In this document: positions 33,889-43,285 of the stretch, one piece after another
Numbering within the stretch: position 1 is the first letter of the stretch
Layout of the letters: each line of letters opens with the position of its first letter
DNA from: an uncultured bacterium
GTDB lineage: Bacteria; Krumholzibacteriota; Krumholzibacteriia; JACNKJ01
Assembly: GCA_963695095.1 (NCBI GenBank)
Contig: CAVOFT010000001.1
Coordinates: 2,592,001 to 2,656,000 of the forward strand
Reading direction: 5' to 3'
DNA length: 64,000 bases
Position numbers and translations under genes: made by a program
The notes under the pieces: generated by a model
The model's input: only the letters and a program-made list of their open reading frames with translations
Told to the model about the DNA's origin: nothing
Databases searched by the model: none

Positions 33889-35088
33889 ATGAGCACCACC
33901 CAACTCCCCACTCCCCTTCGGGTCCCCTTCTTTTCGCGCAGCACCTGGCCGCTGATGGTCCTGGCCGCGATCGGCTTCATCGCCGGCGCCTATCGCTTCG
34001 GCTTCGGCCTGCAGGCGAGCACCAACCTGAACCACTTCTACCCTTGGGGCCTGTGGATCATCGCCGACGTTTCGCTGATCGCCCTCGCGGCCGGCGGCTT
34101 CGTCACCGCCTTCCTCGTCCACGTGATCCATCGCGAGGACTACCACTTCCTATCCCGGCCGGCGCTGCTGACGGCCTTGCTCGGCTACACCTTCGCCTTC
34201 TTCCTCCTCGCCGCGGACCTGGGCCGCTACTGGGCGGTCTGGCATCCGCTGCTGCCGAGCATGTGGCAGGGCAACTCGGCGCTCTTCGAGGTGGGCCTGT
34301 GCGTCATGGCCTACCTGATGGTGCTCTACACCGAGTTCGTCCCCGTCGTCTGCGAGCGCTTCGCGGGCGACCGCCGCCGGCCGCGCCTCGCCGGCTTCTG
34401 CCGCGGCCTGGGCGCCCTCCTGGCCCGCGTGATGCCCCTGTTCCTGGCCCTGGGCGTCGCCATCTCCTGCCTGCACCAGTCCTCGCTGGGGCACATCTTC
34501 GTGCTCACGCCCACCAAGCTCCATCCGCTCTGGTGGTCGCCCGCCCTGGCCCTGCTCTTCCTGCTCTCGGCCATCGTCACCGGCCTGCCCACGGTCATCT
34601 TCGTCTACCTCTGGGCCGCCAAGCTGGCCAAGGCGAGGCCGCCGATGGCCGCCCTCGCCCGCCTGGCCACATTCATCCCCATCTCCTTGGCCTTCTACCT
34701 GGCCGCCAAGCTGGCCGACCTCGTGATTCGGCGCAGCTACGTCTACTTGCTCGAGCCCAACCTGCAGACCGCGGCCTGGCTTTGCGAGGTGGTCCTGGGC
34801 GTCGTCGTGCCGCTCACATTGCTGCTTCCGGCGCGCCTGCGCGAGTCCCCGCGCGGGCTGATGGCGGCCACGGGGCTGGTCATGCTCGGCATCGTCCTCA
34901 ACCGGACGAACGTCTACTGGATCGGCTTTCAGCCCGCCGGCGCCCCGCAGATGTATCGGCCTTCGCTCGCCGAGTGGCTCTTCACTCTCGGCATCCTGGC
35001 GATGATCGTCCTCGCCTGGCGCTTTCTCGCCATCCACCTGCCCGTCCTGACCCCATTGGCGACGCGGAGGTCGAAATGCGAAGCGTGA
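33889..35088 (+). CDS. NrfD/PsrC-family membrane subunit (HybB/HmcC-like)
   Basis: YPWGLWI, DLGRYW, SALFEV, LHQSSLG, KLHPLW; multiple TMs. Confidence 0.92.
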   Translation: MSTTQLPTPLRVPFFSRSTWPLMVLAAIGFIAGAYRFGFGLQASTNLNHFYPWGLWIIADVSLIALAAGGFVTAFLVHVIHREDYHFLSRPALLTALLGYTFAFFLLAADLGRYWAVWHPLLPSMWQGNSALFEVGLCVMAYLMVLYTEFVPVVCERFAGDRRRPRLAGFCRGLGALLARVMPLFLALGVAISCLHQSSLGHIFVLTPTKLHPLWWSPALALLFLLSAIVTGLPTVIFVYLWAAKLAKARPPMAALARLATFIPISLAFYLAAKLADLVIRRSYVYLLEPNLQTAAWLCEVVLGVVVPLTLLLPARLRESPRGLMAATGLVMLGIVLNRTNVYWIGFQPAGAPQMYRPSLAEWLFTLGILAMIVLAWRFLAIHLPVLTPLATRRSKCEA

Positions 35089-36329
35089 ACTGGCGCTGGA
35101 CCGCAGTCGGCCTCCGGCCGGCTTGGTTCCGGCCGCTCTCCATCGCGGCGGCGTTCGTGCTCGGAGCCGCTCCCGCCCTCGCCCAGCGCGGGCAGACCGC
35201 CGGAGCGGCCCGGAGCGACCTGGCGGCCGATCGCGATTGCGGCCTCTGCCATCTCTGCGCCCAGCCCAGTCCTCACGACCCCTGCCTGCGCAAGCCCTGC
35301 ACGCGGGGTGCCCTGAGCCGGACCACGAGCGGCGCCGGACCCGATGCCGGCCACGGCGCCGTACCGGACTCCATGCTCCTGGACGCGCTTGCCAAGGACT
35401 ACGAGCCCGTGCCCTTTAGCCACAAGGCCCACGCCGACATGGCCAGCATGGCCCTGGGCTGTGCGACCTGCCACCACCACAGCGAGCCCGGCGCGCCACC
35501 GCCGGCCTGCATCACCTGTCACGATCCGGCGGTAGCGGGCACGGACCCGCGCATGCCAGGCCTCAAGGGTGCCTATCACCAGCAGTGCCTGAACTGCCAT
35601 CGCGAGTGGATGGACGGAAGCGCCTGCACCGTCTGCCACCTGCCGCGCCCGCGCGGCGGTGATGGGAGTGCGGCCACCCATCAGCCCACTTCGGACGACA
35701 TCCTCGGCCGCATGCATCCGCCGATTCCAGCGCCCGCGGGCGACTACTACAGCCGCCGCGGCGCCGCGGGCGACCTTGTGCTCTTCCGCCACAGCGACCA
35801 CGTAGATCGCTTCGGGTTGGCTTGCGTCGACTGCCACCACGAGCCGAGCTGCGCACGCTGCCACGCCGAGGCCAACCCGGCCCGCGTCACGCGCACGGTG
35901 CATGAGCATCACCGTCCCTGCCTCAGTTGCCACGCCAAGGAGATGGAGCTGAACGGCCGCAGCAAGCACAAGGGCGACTGCGCGCGCTGCCATCTGGGTA
36001 AGAGCGGCCGCGCGCCGGCCCGCTTCCGGCACGAGGGCGTGGGCTGGCCGCTCGCGAGCTACCACCGCCGCGCGGCCTGCCGCGACTGCCATGTCGAGTT
36101 GCCCTACACCCGGCTGGACACCGGCTGCACCAGCTGTCACTCGGGATGGGAATCGGGGCGCTTCGACCACCGCGTCACCGGGCAGAGCATGGACGAGAAT
36201 CACGCGGATCTGGTCTGCGGGGACTGCCACAAGGAGGCGCGCTACGAGTTGCCGCCCGTCTGCACGGACTGCCACGATCCGGCGGACGTGGCCTTCCCGG
36301 CCCAGCGCCCCGGACCGCTGGCGCCCTGA
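35076..36329 (+). CDS. Periplasmic multihaem cytochrome c, 13 CxxCH, with cytochrome c3-like modules
   Basis: GGAGG RBS, signal peptide; PVPFSHKAH...CATCHH, LKGAYHQQCLNCH, FRHSDH...CVDCHH; 13 CxxCH counted by hand. Confidence 0.9.
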   Translation: MRSVNWRWTAVGLRPAWFRPLSIAAAFVLGAAPALAQRGQTAGAARSDLAADRDCGLCHLCAQPSPHDPCLRKPCTRGALSRTTSGAGPDAGHGAVPDSMLLDALAKDYEPVPFSHKAHADMASMALGCATCHHHSEPGAPPPACITCHDPAVAGTDPRMPGLKGAYHQQCLNCHREWMDGSACTVCHLPRPRGGDGSAATHQPTSDDILGRMHPPIPAPAGDYYSRRGAAGDLVLFRHSDHVDRFGLACVDCHHEPSCARCHAEANPARVTRTVHEHHRPCLSCHAKEMELNGRSKHKGDCARCHLGKSGRAPARFRHEGVGWPLASYHRRAACRDCHVELPYTRLDTGCTSCHSGWESGRFDHRVTGQSMDENHADLVCGDCHKEARYELPPVCTDCHDPADVAFPAQRPGPLAP

Positions 36330-36549
36330 GGACGGGGGCTGCGCGCTGCCCTAGCGGCTTTGCCCTTTTGTGCGCTCGAACTGGTCCTTGCTGAAGACGA
36401 GGAACTGCCCGGATCGGTACTCGAAAGCCGACAGGAGGGCTAGACTCCTGCTCACGAAGGAGCTACCTCCCCACTTCAGCAGACCATGCTCGCGAGGTAA
36501 CTCGTCCCGATTCCGTAGACTGCGGGCCCAATCGGGCACAGAAACAGGG

Positions 36550-36623
36550 CGACCCCGGTAGGGCTCGAACCTACAACTTCCGGCTTAGAAGGCCGGTGCT
36601 CTATCCGGTTGAGCTACGGGGTC
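36550..36623 (-). tRNA. tRNA-Arg(TCT)
   Basis: GACCCCGTAGCTCAACCGGATAGAGCACCGGCCTTCTAAGCCGGAAGTTGTAGGTTCGAGCCCTACCGGGGTCG. Confidence 0.97.
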
Positions 36624-36628
36624 GAAAA

Positions 36629-36702
36629 TCGGGGCGGCCGGATTCGAACCGGCGACCACCGGCACCCAAAGCCGATGCGCTACCGGACTGCGCTACGCCC
36701 CG
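36629..36702 (-). tRNA. tRNA-Pro(TGG)
   Basis: CGGGGCGTAGCGCAGTCCGGTAGCGCATCGGCTTTGGGTGCCGGTGGTCGCCGGTTCGAATCCGGCCGCCCCGA; 5-nt spacer to tRNA-Arg. Confidence 0.96.
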
Positions 36703-36709
36703 CGCGGCC

Positions 36710-36738
36710 AGCATAGGCAAGGCCCGCGGGGCTGTCAA
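36710..36738 (-). promoter_or_regulatory. sigma70 promoter of the tRNA-Pro/Arg pair
   Basis: TTGACA-17 nt-TATGCT with GC-rich discriminator. Confidence 0.8.
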
Positions 36739-36812
36739 CGCGGCAACCGGCGGTCCCCCGCCGCCGCGGCAGGCGCCCAAAGGCAGGCGCCCGGCGGCAG
36801 GCCAGGCCCCAT

Positions 36813-36836
36813 AAAAAAGCCCCGCGAAGCGGGGCT
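36813..36836 (-). terminator. Intrinsic terminator of the RRM gene
   Basis: AGCCCCGC-TTC-GCGGGGCT followed by a T-run on the minus strand. Confidence 0.85.
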
Positions 36837-36890
36837 CGTAGGCTCTGGCCGGTCCGGCAAGCGCCGGCCGGCCTCGATTCGACGCTGGAC

Positions 36891-37175
36891 TTACCAGCGG
36901 CCACCGCCGCCGCCACCGCCGCCGCCGCCGGAAGAGCGCTTCTCCTCGGCATCGTTGACGCGCAGGGCGCGGCCGTCCATCTCGTGACCGTCCAGGTGCT
37001 GCTTGGCAGCCGACGTGTCCTCCATCTCCACGAAGCCGAAGCCCCGGGGCTGGCCCGTGCTGCGGTCCGTGATGAGATTCACCGAGACGATGGTGCCGTG
37101 CTGTGCGAACAGCGTGCGGATCTCCTGCTCGGTAGCGGTGAACGGTAGATTGCCGACGTAGAGTTTCTTGGCCAT
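36891..37175 (-). CDS. RRM-domain RNA-binding protein with Gly-rich tail
   Basis: KKLYVGNL (RNP2), RGFGFVEM (RNP1), poly-Gly C-terminus. Confidence 0.95.
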   Translation of the reverse strand: MAKKLYVGNLPFTATEQEIRTLFAQHGTIVSVNLITDRSTGQPRGFGFVEMEDTSAAKQHLDGHEMDGRALRVNDAEEKRSSGGGGGGGGGGRW

Positions 37176-37421
37176 CGAAGGCTCCTTCATATCGCCCACG
37201 GATAAAATGACACCGGAAGGCCGGCCGCGATCACTTCGCGGCTGGGGCCTTCCCGTTTCTCATGGCCGGAGCTTGCGATGAATGTCGCGCGGTTCGCGCG
37301 GAGGCAGGCATCGATCAACGGACTTCGAATCGACGAGGGCGATACGGCGAATCGAACCAGAATGAGAAGTCACCATTGGGGGCCAATGTAGTCAACATTG
37401 GGAGAAAGCGCAAAGGTTCTT

Positions 37422-38009
37422 TCAGCGCGCCAGCCGCCGGCCCAGATCGGCCAGGGCGCGCTGGCGATGGCTGAGGGCGTTCTTCTCGGCTTCGGGCAGC
37501 TCCGCCAGCGTGCAACTCCGCTCCGGCAGCCAGAATACGGGATCGTAGCCGAAGCCGCCGCCCCCGCTGGACGCCTCCGCGATGAGCCCCTCCACGCGCC
37601 CCTCGCCCAGCAGCGGCTCGCCGCGGGGATCGACCACCAGGGCCATCACGCAGCGGAAGCGCGCCGTCCGCCGCGCTGCCGGCACGCCCGCCAGGGCCGC
37701 CAGCAGCTTGGCCACGTTCTTGACCGCATCGCACTCGGGGCCCGCGTAGCGCGCGGCGTGGTGCCCGGGGGCGCCGCCCAGGGCATCCACTTCCAGGCCC
37801 GTGTCGTCGGCCAGGGCCGGCAGGCCCAGCGCCAGCGCCACCGTGCGCGCCTTCTTGACGGCGTTGGCCGCGAGCGTGTCGCCGTCCTCCTCCACCTCCG
37901 GCAGCGGCACGCCGGGATCCACCAGCTCCAGCGGCAGGCCGAGCGCGGCGACGATGGCCCCGATCTCCCGCCGCTTGTGCGCGTTGCCCGTGGCGAGGAC
38001 GAGCTTCAC
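37422..38009 (-). CDS. rdgB: Non-canonical purine NTP pyrophosphatase (RdgB/HAM1)
   Basis: LATGNAHKRRE, ADDTGLEVDALGGAPG, GFGYDPVF, EKNALSHR. Confidence 0.95.
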   Translation of the reverse strand: MKLVLATGNAHKRREIGAIVAALGLPLELVDPGVPLPEVEEDGDTLAANAVKKARTVALALGLPALADDTGLEVDALGGAPGHHAARYAGPECDAVKNVAKLLAALAGVPAARRTARFRCVMALVVDPRGEPLLGEGRVEGLIAEASSGGGGFGYDPVFWLPERSCTLAELPEAEKNALSHRQRALADLGRRLAR

Positions 38010-38713
38010 AGGCCCAGGGCCTCCCGCTGCAGCGCCGTGAACTCCGCGCAGCCCTTGGCGCCGAGGGCGAGCAGCTGATCCAGCTCCTCGCGGCTGAAGG
38101 TGCCGCCTTCGGCCGTGCCCTGCACCTCGACGAAGCGCCCGCGCTCGTCGATGACCAGGTTCATGTCCACGTCCGCGCCGCTGTCCTCGCGGTAGTCGAG
38201 GTCCAGCACCGGATGGCCGTCGACGATGCCCACGCTCACCGCGCTCAGCAGGCGCCGCATCGGCTGCTCGGCCAGGCGCAGCCGCTCGCAGGCCCGCCAG
38301 AGCGCCACCGCCGCGCCGGTGATCGCCGCCGTGCGGGTGCCGCCGTCGGCGTCGATGACGTCGCAGTCCACGGTGAGCGTGCGATCGCCGAGCAGCTCCC
38401 GCCGCGTCACCGCGCGCAGGCTGCGGCCGATGAGCCGCTGGATCTCCTGGCTGCGGCCGCCGGCGCCGTCCCGCTCGCGGCGCACGCGCTCGGCGCCCGC
38501 GCCGGGCAGCATGGCGTACTCGGCCGTCACCCAGCCGCCGCCGCCGGGGCGGATCCAGGGCGGCAGGCGCTCCTCCACGCTCACGGCGCAGAGCACGCGC
38601 GTCCCGCCCAGGCTGACCAGCACCGAGGCCAGGCTCGCGCGCTGGAAGTCGAGCTCGAAGCTGAGCGGGCGATGCCTGTCGTGCATCCGTCCGTCGCGGC
38701 GGGTGATGGCCAT
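38006..38713 (-). CDS. rph: Ribonuclease PH
   Basis: GWVTAEYAMLP, GRSQEIQRLIGRSLR, ADGGTRTAAITG, EVQGTAEG. Confidence 0.97.
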   Translation of the reverse strand: MAITRRDGRMHDRHRPLSFELDFQRASLASVLVSLGGTRVLCAVSVEERLPPWIRPGGGGWVTAEYAMLPGAGAERVRRERDGAGGRSQEIQRLIGRSLRAVTRRELLGDRTLTVDCDVIDADGGTRTAAITGAAVALWRACERLRLAEQPMRRLLSAVSVGIVDGHPVLDLDYREDSGADVDMNLVIDERGRFVEVQGTAEGGTFSREELDQLLALGAKGCAEFTALQREALGL

Positions 38714-38722
38714 GCTTCCTCC

Positions 38723-39532
38723 CTAGACGCCGAAGTCCACGAGCTCGATCGATTCGATCTTGCGGCCGAGGAAGAGCTCGCCCACCTGCCGAAAGCGCAG
38801 GGGCAGATCCGAGACGTAGCAGGCCAGCGAGCCCGGCCCGTCCTGTGGCGCGAGCAGCTCCCGCGCGCGAAGCAGCTCGGCCACGGCCCGCGCGGTCTCC
38901 TCGGCCGAGTCCACCAGGCGCACGCCCTCGCCCATCAGCTCGGCGAGCAGGGGCCTGAGCAGCGGATAGTGCGTGCAGCCGAGCACGAGCGTGTCCACGC
39001 CGGCGGCCTTGAGCGGCGCCAGGTACTCGGCCGCCACCAGGCGCGTGGCGGCGTGGTCGAGCCAGCCCTCCTCCACCAGCGGCACGAAGAGCGGACAGGC
39101 GCGGCTCTCGATCGAGAGTCCGCCCCGCTTCGCCTGCAGGGCCGCCGGGTAGGCGCCGCTGGTGACCGTGGCCGGGGTGCCGATCACGCCCACGATGCCC
39201 GAGCGCGTGGCCGCCGCGGCGGCCTGCGCGCCCGGCTCGATCACGCCGATCACGGGCACGGGCAGCTCGGCCGCCAGCACGTCCAGGGCCAGGGCCGTCG
39301 CCGTGTTGCAGGCCACCACCATCAGCTTGACGCCCTGATCGAGCAGGAAGCGCGAGTTCTGGCGCGCGAAGCGGCGCACCGTCTCGGCGCCCTTCGTGCC
39401 GTAGGGGACCCGCGCCGTGTCGCCGAAGTAGAGCAGCCGTTCGCCGGGCAGCCGCTCGCTCACCGCCCGCACGACGGTGAGGCCGCCGAGGCCGGAGTCC
39501 CAGATGCCCAGGGGCCGTGCGTCCATGCTCAC
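38723..39532 (-). CDS. murI: Glutamate racemase
   Basis: DSGLGGLTV, PYGTK, VVACNTATA, LVLGCTHYP. Confidence 0.97.
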   Translation of the reverse strand: MSMDARPLGIWDSGLGGLTVVRAVSERLPGERLLYFGDTARVPYGTKGAETVRRFARQNSRFLLDQGVKLMVVACNTATALALDVLAAELPVPVIGVIEPGAQAAAAATRSGIVGVIGTPATVTSGAYPAALQAKRGGLSIESRACPLFVPLVEEGWLDHAATRLVAAEYLAPLKAAGVDTLVLGCTHYPLLRPLLAELMGEGVRLVDSAEETARAVAELLRARELLAPQDGPGSLACYVSDLPLRFRQVGELFLGRKIESIELVDFGV

Positions 39533-40140
39533 TCCTCGTCGCGATCGGGGTCGGGCGCGGGCGCTGGAGCGCTAGGGGGCGCCGCCAGGCCGGGCACCGT
39601 CTCGTCCAGGCGCAGGGGCTCGCTGAGGCTGAGGTGCCCGCCCAGGCTCTCGGTCGCTTCGCCGCCGACGAGGACGCGCAGGCGCCGCACGGCGGGGAAG
39701 TTCACGCGCAGGCAGCGGCGCAGGGCCTCCAGGGCGATGCGCTCCTCCAGGCTCCCGGCCCGCGTGAGCAGCGCGGCGCTGGCCACGCTGAAGTTCAGGG
39801 TCAGCATTCCCTGCCGCTCTTCGAGGAAGACATGTTCCAGTTCCATCCCGGGCGGGAAGGCGCGTCCCGCGCCCTCCTCGGGTCCCCGCAGCAGTTCGAC
39901 CAGGGTCCGCTCGATGCGGTCGACGGGATCGTCCTTCAGCTCGACCGCGCGCAGCTCCTCCCGCCAGATGGGATCGAGCCCGCCCGTGGCGAAGAAGAGC
40001 ACGGCGGTCTGCGAGCCGTAGCCCTCCCAGGTTTCCGCCGACTCGACGGGCGGCGGCGCCGGCCCCTCGCTGCGATCGCAGGCGCCGCTGGCGAGCGCGA
40101 GGCCGAGCCCGAGCAGGACGAGCAGCGGGCGGCGGCTCAT
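39529..40140 (-). CDS. GerMN-domain lipoprotein
   Basis: Lipobox LASGAC; 'LVELLRGP', 'NFPAVRRLRVLVGG...SLGGHL'; usual amidase-GerMN-murI-rph context. Confidence 0.8.
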   Translation of the reverse strand: MSRRPLLVLLGLGLALASGACDRSEGPAPPPVESAETWEGYGSQTAVLFFATGGLDPIWREELRAVELKDDPVDRIERTLVELLRGPEEGAGRAFPPGMELEHVFLEERQGMLTLNFSVASAALLTRAGSLEERIALEALRRCLRVNFPAVRRLRVLVGGEATESLGGHLSLSEPLRLDETVPGLAAPPSAPAPAPDPDRDEE

Positions 40141-41633
40141 CGGCTCCCCTCCTGCCAGCGCCGCGCGCGATGCGCCAGCGCCCGCGCCAGCACGCTGAGC
40201 CGCTGGTCCCGCCGTGGACGGATCCTCCCAGTCGGCGCGCTCGCCGGCGCTGTCCAGATTGCCGATCTCGAGCATCAGCGCCGGCATGTCCAGTCCTTCC
40301 AGGATGGCCGTGCGCTCGCGCCGGATGCCGAGCTGGGGCCAGTCCGTGAGGACGCTGAAGGCCTGCTCGAGCCCGGTGGCCAGCTCCAGGCTGCTCTCGC
40401 TGTGGGCCGCCTGCACGGAGGCCCAGGGCCTGAGGCGCCTCGGCAGTCGGCGGCGGGTCCGCCGGCGCCTCGAGGATCATCTCCAGGCCGTCTTCGCCGC
40501 TCGCGCCGCGCCGCGTGAAGTGCAGGGAGAGGTAGAGATCCCCGCCCCCCACGTTGGCCGTCTGCACGCGGGCGCTGGGCGCGCGCTCGCGGTCGTCGCG
40601 CCGCGTCCAGAGGATCTCGAAGCCCTCGCGGCGCAGGTGAGGCTCCAGCCAGCCCGCCAGGCGCAGCGTCCAGTCCTTCTCGATCTGGCTGCCGCTCACC
40701 GCTCCCGTGTCCGGTCCGCCATGGCCGGGGTCCAGGATGATGCGCTCCAGGCGCTGCGCGCCGAGGGCCGAGCCGCGCCGCTCGGGCAGGGCGCCCGCAA
40801 AATCGGGCGCGATGAGTCCCGGCGCCAGCGGGGCATCCGCCGTCATCGCCCAGGTGAGGGCCACCGGGTCGCCGGCGCTGCGCAGCTCGCTCACCGGCCG
40901 GCGAAAGTAGAGCGTCAGGGTGGCGCCCTCGTCTCCCTCCTCGAGGCGGAGAGAATCCACCGGCGCCCGCGTCGGCAGGCGCTGCCAGTCGAAGGGCGCC
41001 AGGCGCCCGCCCGGGAAGCGCAGACGCAGGACGCTGTCCCCCGCGCGCTCGAGGCGGGGACTCAGGGGCTCCGAGAACTGGAAGACGCCGCGCAGGCGCT
41101 CCCCGCTGTAGACCCACTCGACGCTGAGCATGTTGACGTTGCGCAGGCCGCCGATCAGGCGCAGGGCCTGCTCGTCGCGGCGCAGGGGCAGATCGGGCAG
41201 CTCCTCGAGCAGGAGCGGCCAGAAGCTCAGCGGCAAGTAGAAGTGGCCGGCCGCGATCCGGCAGGGCGCGCCCAAGCGGCGCGGGCGGCTGTCCACGAAG
41301 ACCCAGGCCGAGCCGTCGGTGAGCTTGACGCGGTGGCCCGCCACGGCGAGCGAGACCTTGCGCGTCACGGGATCGAAGTAGCGATTGGCCTGCAGGATCT
41401 GCGTCGCATCCCAGAGATCGAGGTAGGCCTCCGCCTCGCCGGGCAGGCTGTAGAGCAGGAAGCTGCGGGCAGCGCGGCCCTGGCCGGGCAGGAACTCCAG
41501 GGTCTCGACGCTGAGAGCCGGGCGCCGCGTCGGGGGCCCCACCGCCGCGTCCTCGGCGAGCGCCGGGGCAGCCGCCAGCCAGCCGGCAAGCGCGAAGGCC
41601 GCAGGCGCGCAACCACCGAGTCCGCCCGCCCAT
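40137..41633 (-). CDS. N-acetylmuramoyl-L-alanine amidase (Amidase_3); apparent frameshifts near 41610, 40430 and 40190
   Basis: IILDPGHGG, EKDWTL, YLSLH, LMLEIG motifs spread over ORFs 39572..41542 and 39529..40416. Confidence 0.78.
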
Positions 41634-42094
41634 CACTCGCGCTCCCCCCGCCGCGCGCGGGCCAGCGAGCGCTCGGCGTCGCGCGTGGCGATGGTCTCGC
41701 GCTTGTCGTGCTTGCGCTTGCCGCGGGCCAGGGCCAGCTCCACCTTGGCCCAGCCGCCCTTGAAGTAGAGGCGCGTGGGAATCAGGGTGAGGCCCTTCTC
41801 CTGGATCTTGACCAGCAGCCGGCGGCGCTCCTTGGCATTCATCAGCAGCTTGCGCCGCCGCTCGGGCTCGTGCGCGGCCGTGCTCCCCTGCGCGTAGGGA
41901 CTGATGTGCAGGCCGATCAGCCAGAGCTCGCCCTCCTCGATGCCGGCATAGGCGTCCTTGATGGTCGCCTTGCCCGCGCGCAGGCTCTTCACCTCCGTGC
42001 CGACCAGGACCATGCCGGCCTCGAAGGTCTCGAGCAGCTCGTAGTCGAAGCGAGCCTTGCGGTTGACCGCGATGATTTTGATGTTTTCGCTCAT
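41633..42094 (-). CDS. smpB: SsrA-binding protein
   Basis: NRKARFDY, EAGMVLVGTEVKSLR, RRRKLL, LARGKRKHDKR. Confidence 0.98.
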   Translation of the reverse strand: MSENIKIIAVNRKARFDYELLETFEAGMVLVGTEVKSLRAGKATIKDAYAGIEEGELWLIGLHISPYAQGSTAAHEPERRRKLLMNAKERRRLLVKIQEKGLTLIPTRLYFKGGWAKVELALARGKRKHDKRETIATRDAERSLARARRGERE

Positions 42095-42236
42095 GGGTGG
42101 GATCTCGATCGTGCACCGGGGCGCACCGGGACCGGCAGGCTAGCACTGCCCCTCGGGAGGCGCAAGGAAAAGGGCTGCGCGCGCGACCGCGGGCCCTTGA
42201 CAGGGCGCGGGCGCGGACCTAATCTGCTTGCCGAGC

Positions 42237-42320
42237 GCCGAAGTGGTGGAATTGGTAGACGCGCTACGTTCAGGTCGTAGTGGGGGCAACCTCATGGGAG
42301 TTCGAGTCTCCCCTTCGGCA
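42237..42320 (+). tRNA. tRNA-Leu(CAG)
   Basis: GCCGAAGTGGTGGAATTGGTAGACGCGCTACGTTCAGGTCGTAG...GGGAGTTCGAGTCTCCCCTTCGGCA with long variable arm; promoter TTGACA-17-TAATCT at 42197-42225. Confidence 0.97.
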
Positions 42321-42421
42321 CCGTCCAGGGCGGCTTCTCCGGGCAGAGAGGCCGCCTTCTTCATTGCCGCGAGCCGACGCCGGCTCGCCCGCCGGCCCGC
42401 CCAGCTCGGAGCGATGCCCTG

Positions 42422-43267
42422 ATGGCCCTCAGCCAGGTTCTCCCCTTCGCCCTTCCCGGCGCCGACGGCTTCCCGCTGCGCGGCGACCTCCACTTGCCGG
42501 CCGGGCCCGCCGGGCCGCCCCTGCTCATCGTCCATGGCTTCAAGGGCTTCAAGGACTGGGGCTTCATGCCCCTGCTCGCGGCGCGCCTGGCCGAGGCGGG
42601 CTTTCCCGCCTGTCGCTTCAATCTCTCGGGCAGCGGGCTGGGCGAGGATCCCGAGCGCTTCAGCGAGCCGGTGCGCTTCGAGCGCAACACCTACAGCCAG
42701 GAGCAGCGGGATATCGCCCGTCTGCTGGACGCGCTGGCGGCGGGCGAGCTGGCCGGTCTCGCCGGCCCGGCGCCGCGCCTGGGACTCCTCGGCCACAGCC
42801 GGGGCGGCGGCGGCGCCATCCTCGCCGCGGCCCGCGACCCGCGCGTGGCCGCCCTGGTCACCTGGGCGGCCATCGCCCACGTGGATCGCTACGACGTGGC
42901 CACGGTCGCCGCCTGGCGCCGCCGCGGCTCCCTGCGCGTGGAGAATGCCCGCACCGGGGACGTCTTCGCGCTCAGCACGGACTTGCTGGATGACATCCTC
43001 GCCAACGCGGCGGCCCTGGACATCCTCGCCGCCGCCGGCCGGCTGGCCATCCCCACCCTCGTCGTGCATGGCGAGGAGGACGAGTCCGTGCCCGTCGCCG
43101 AAGGCGAGGCGCTCGCCGCGGCGCTGGGCGCGCGCGGCCGCTTCCTGCGCGTGGCGGGGACCGGACATACCTTCGGGGCCGTGCATCCGCCGCAGCCGCA
43201 GCCGCCCGCGGCCCTGGCGACCGTGCTCGAGGCCACCGTCGCCCACTTCGCATCAGCGCTGGCCTGA
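42422..43267 (+). CDS. Alpha/beta hydrolase
   Basis: HGFKGFKDWG, GHSRGG nucleophile, HGEEDESV, GHTF. Confidence 0.9.
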   Translation: MALSQVLPFALPGADGFPLRGDLHLPAGPAGPPLLIVHGFKGFKDWGFMPLLAARLAEAGFPACRFNLSGSGLGEDPERFSEPVRFERNTYSQEQRDIARLLDALAAGELAGLAGPAPRLGLLGHSRGGGGAILAAARDPRVAALVTWAAIAHVDRYDVATVAAWRRRGSLRVENARTGDVFALSTDLLDDILANAAALDILAAAGRLAIPTLVVHGEEDESVPVAEGEALAAALGARGRFLRVAGTGHTFGAVHPPQPQPPAALATVLEATVAHFASALA

Positions 43268-43285
43268 GACTCCGCCCCGCGGCCT

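Noticed and set aside
36351..36539. 62-aa ORF downstream of tRNA-Arg
   Set aside because: No recognisable motif or RBS and atypical codon usage; cannot support as a gene.
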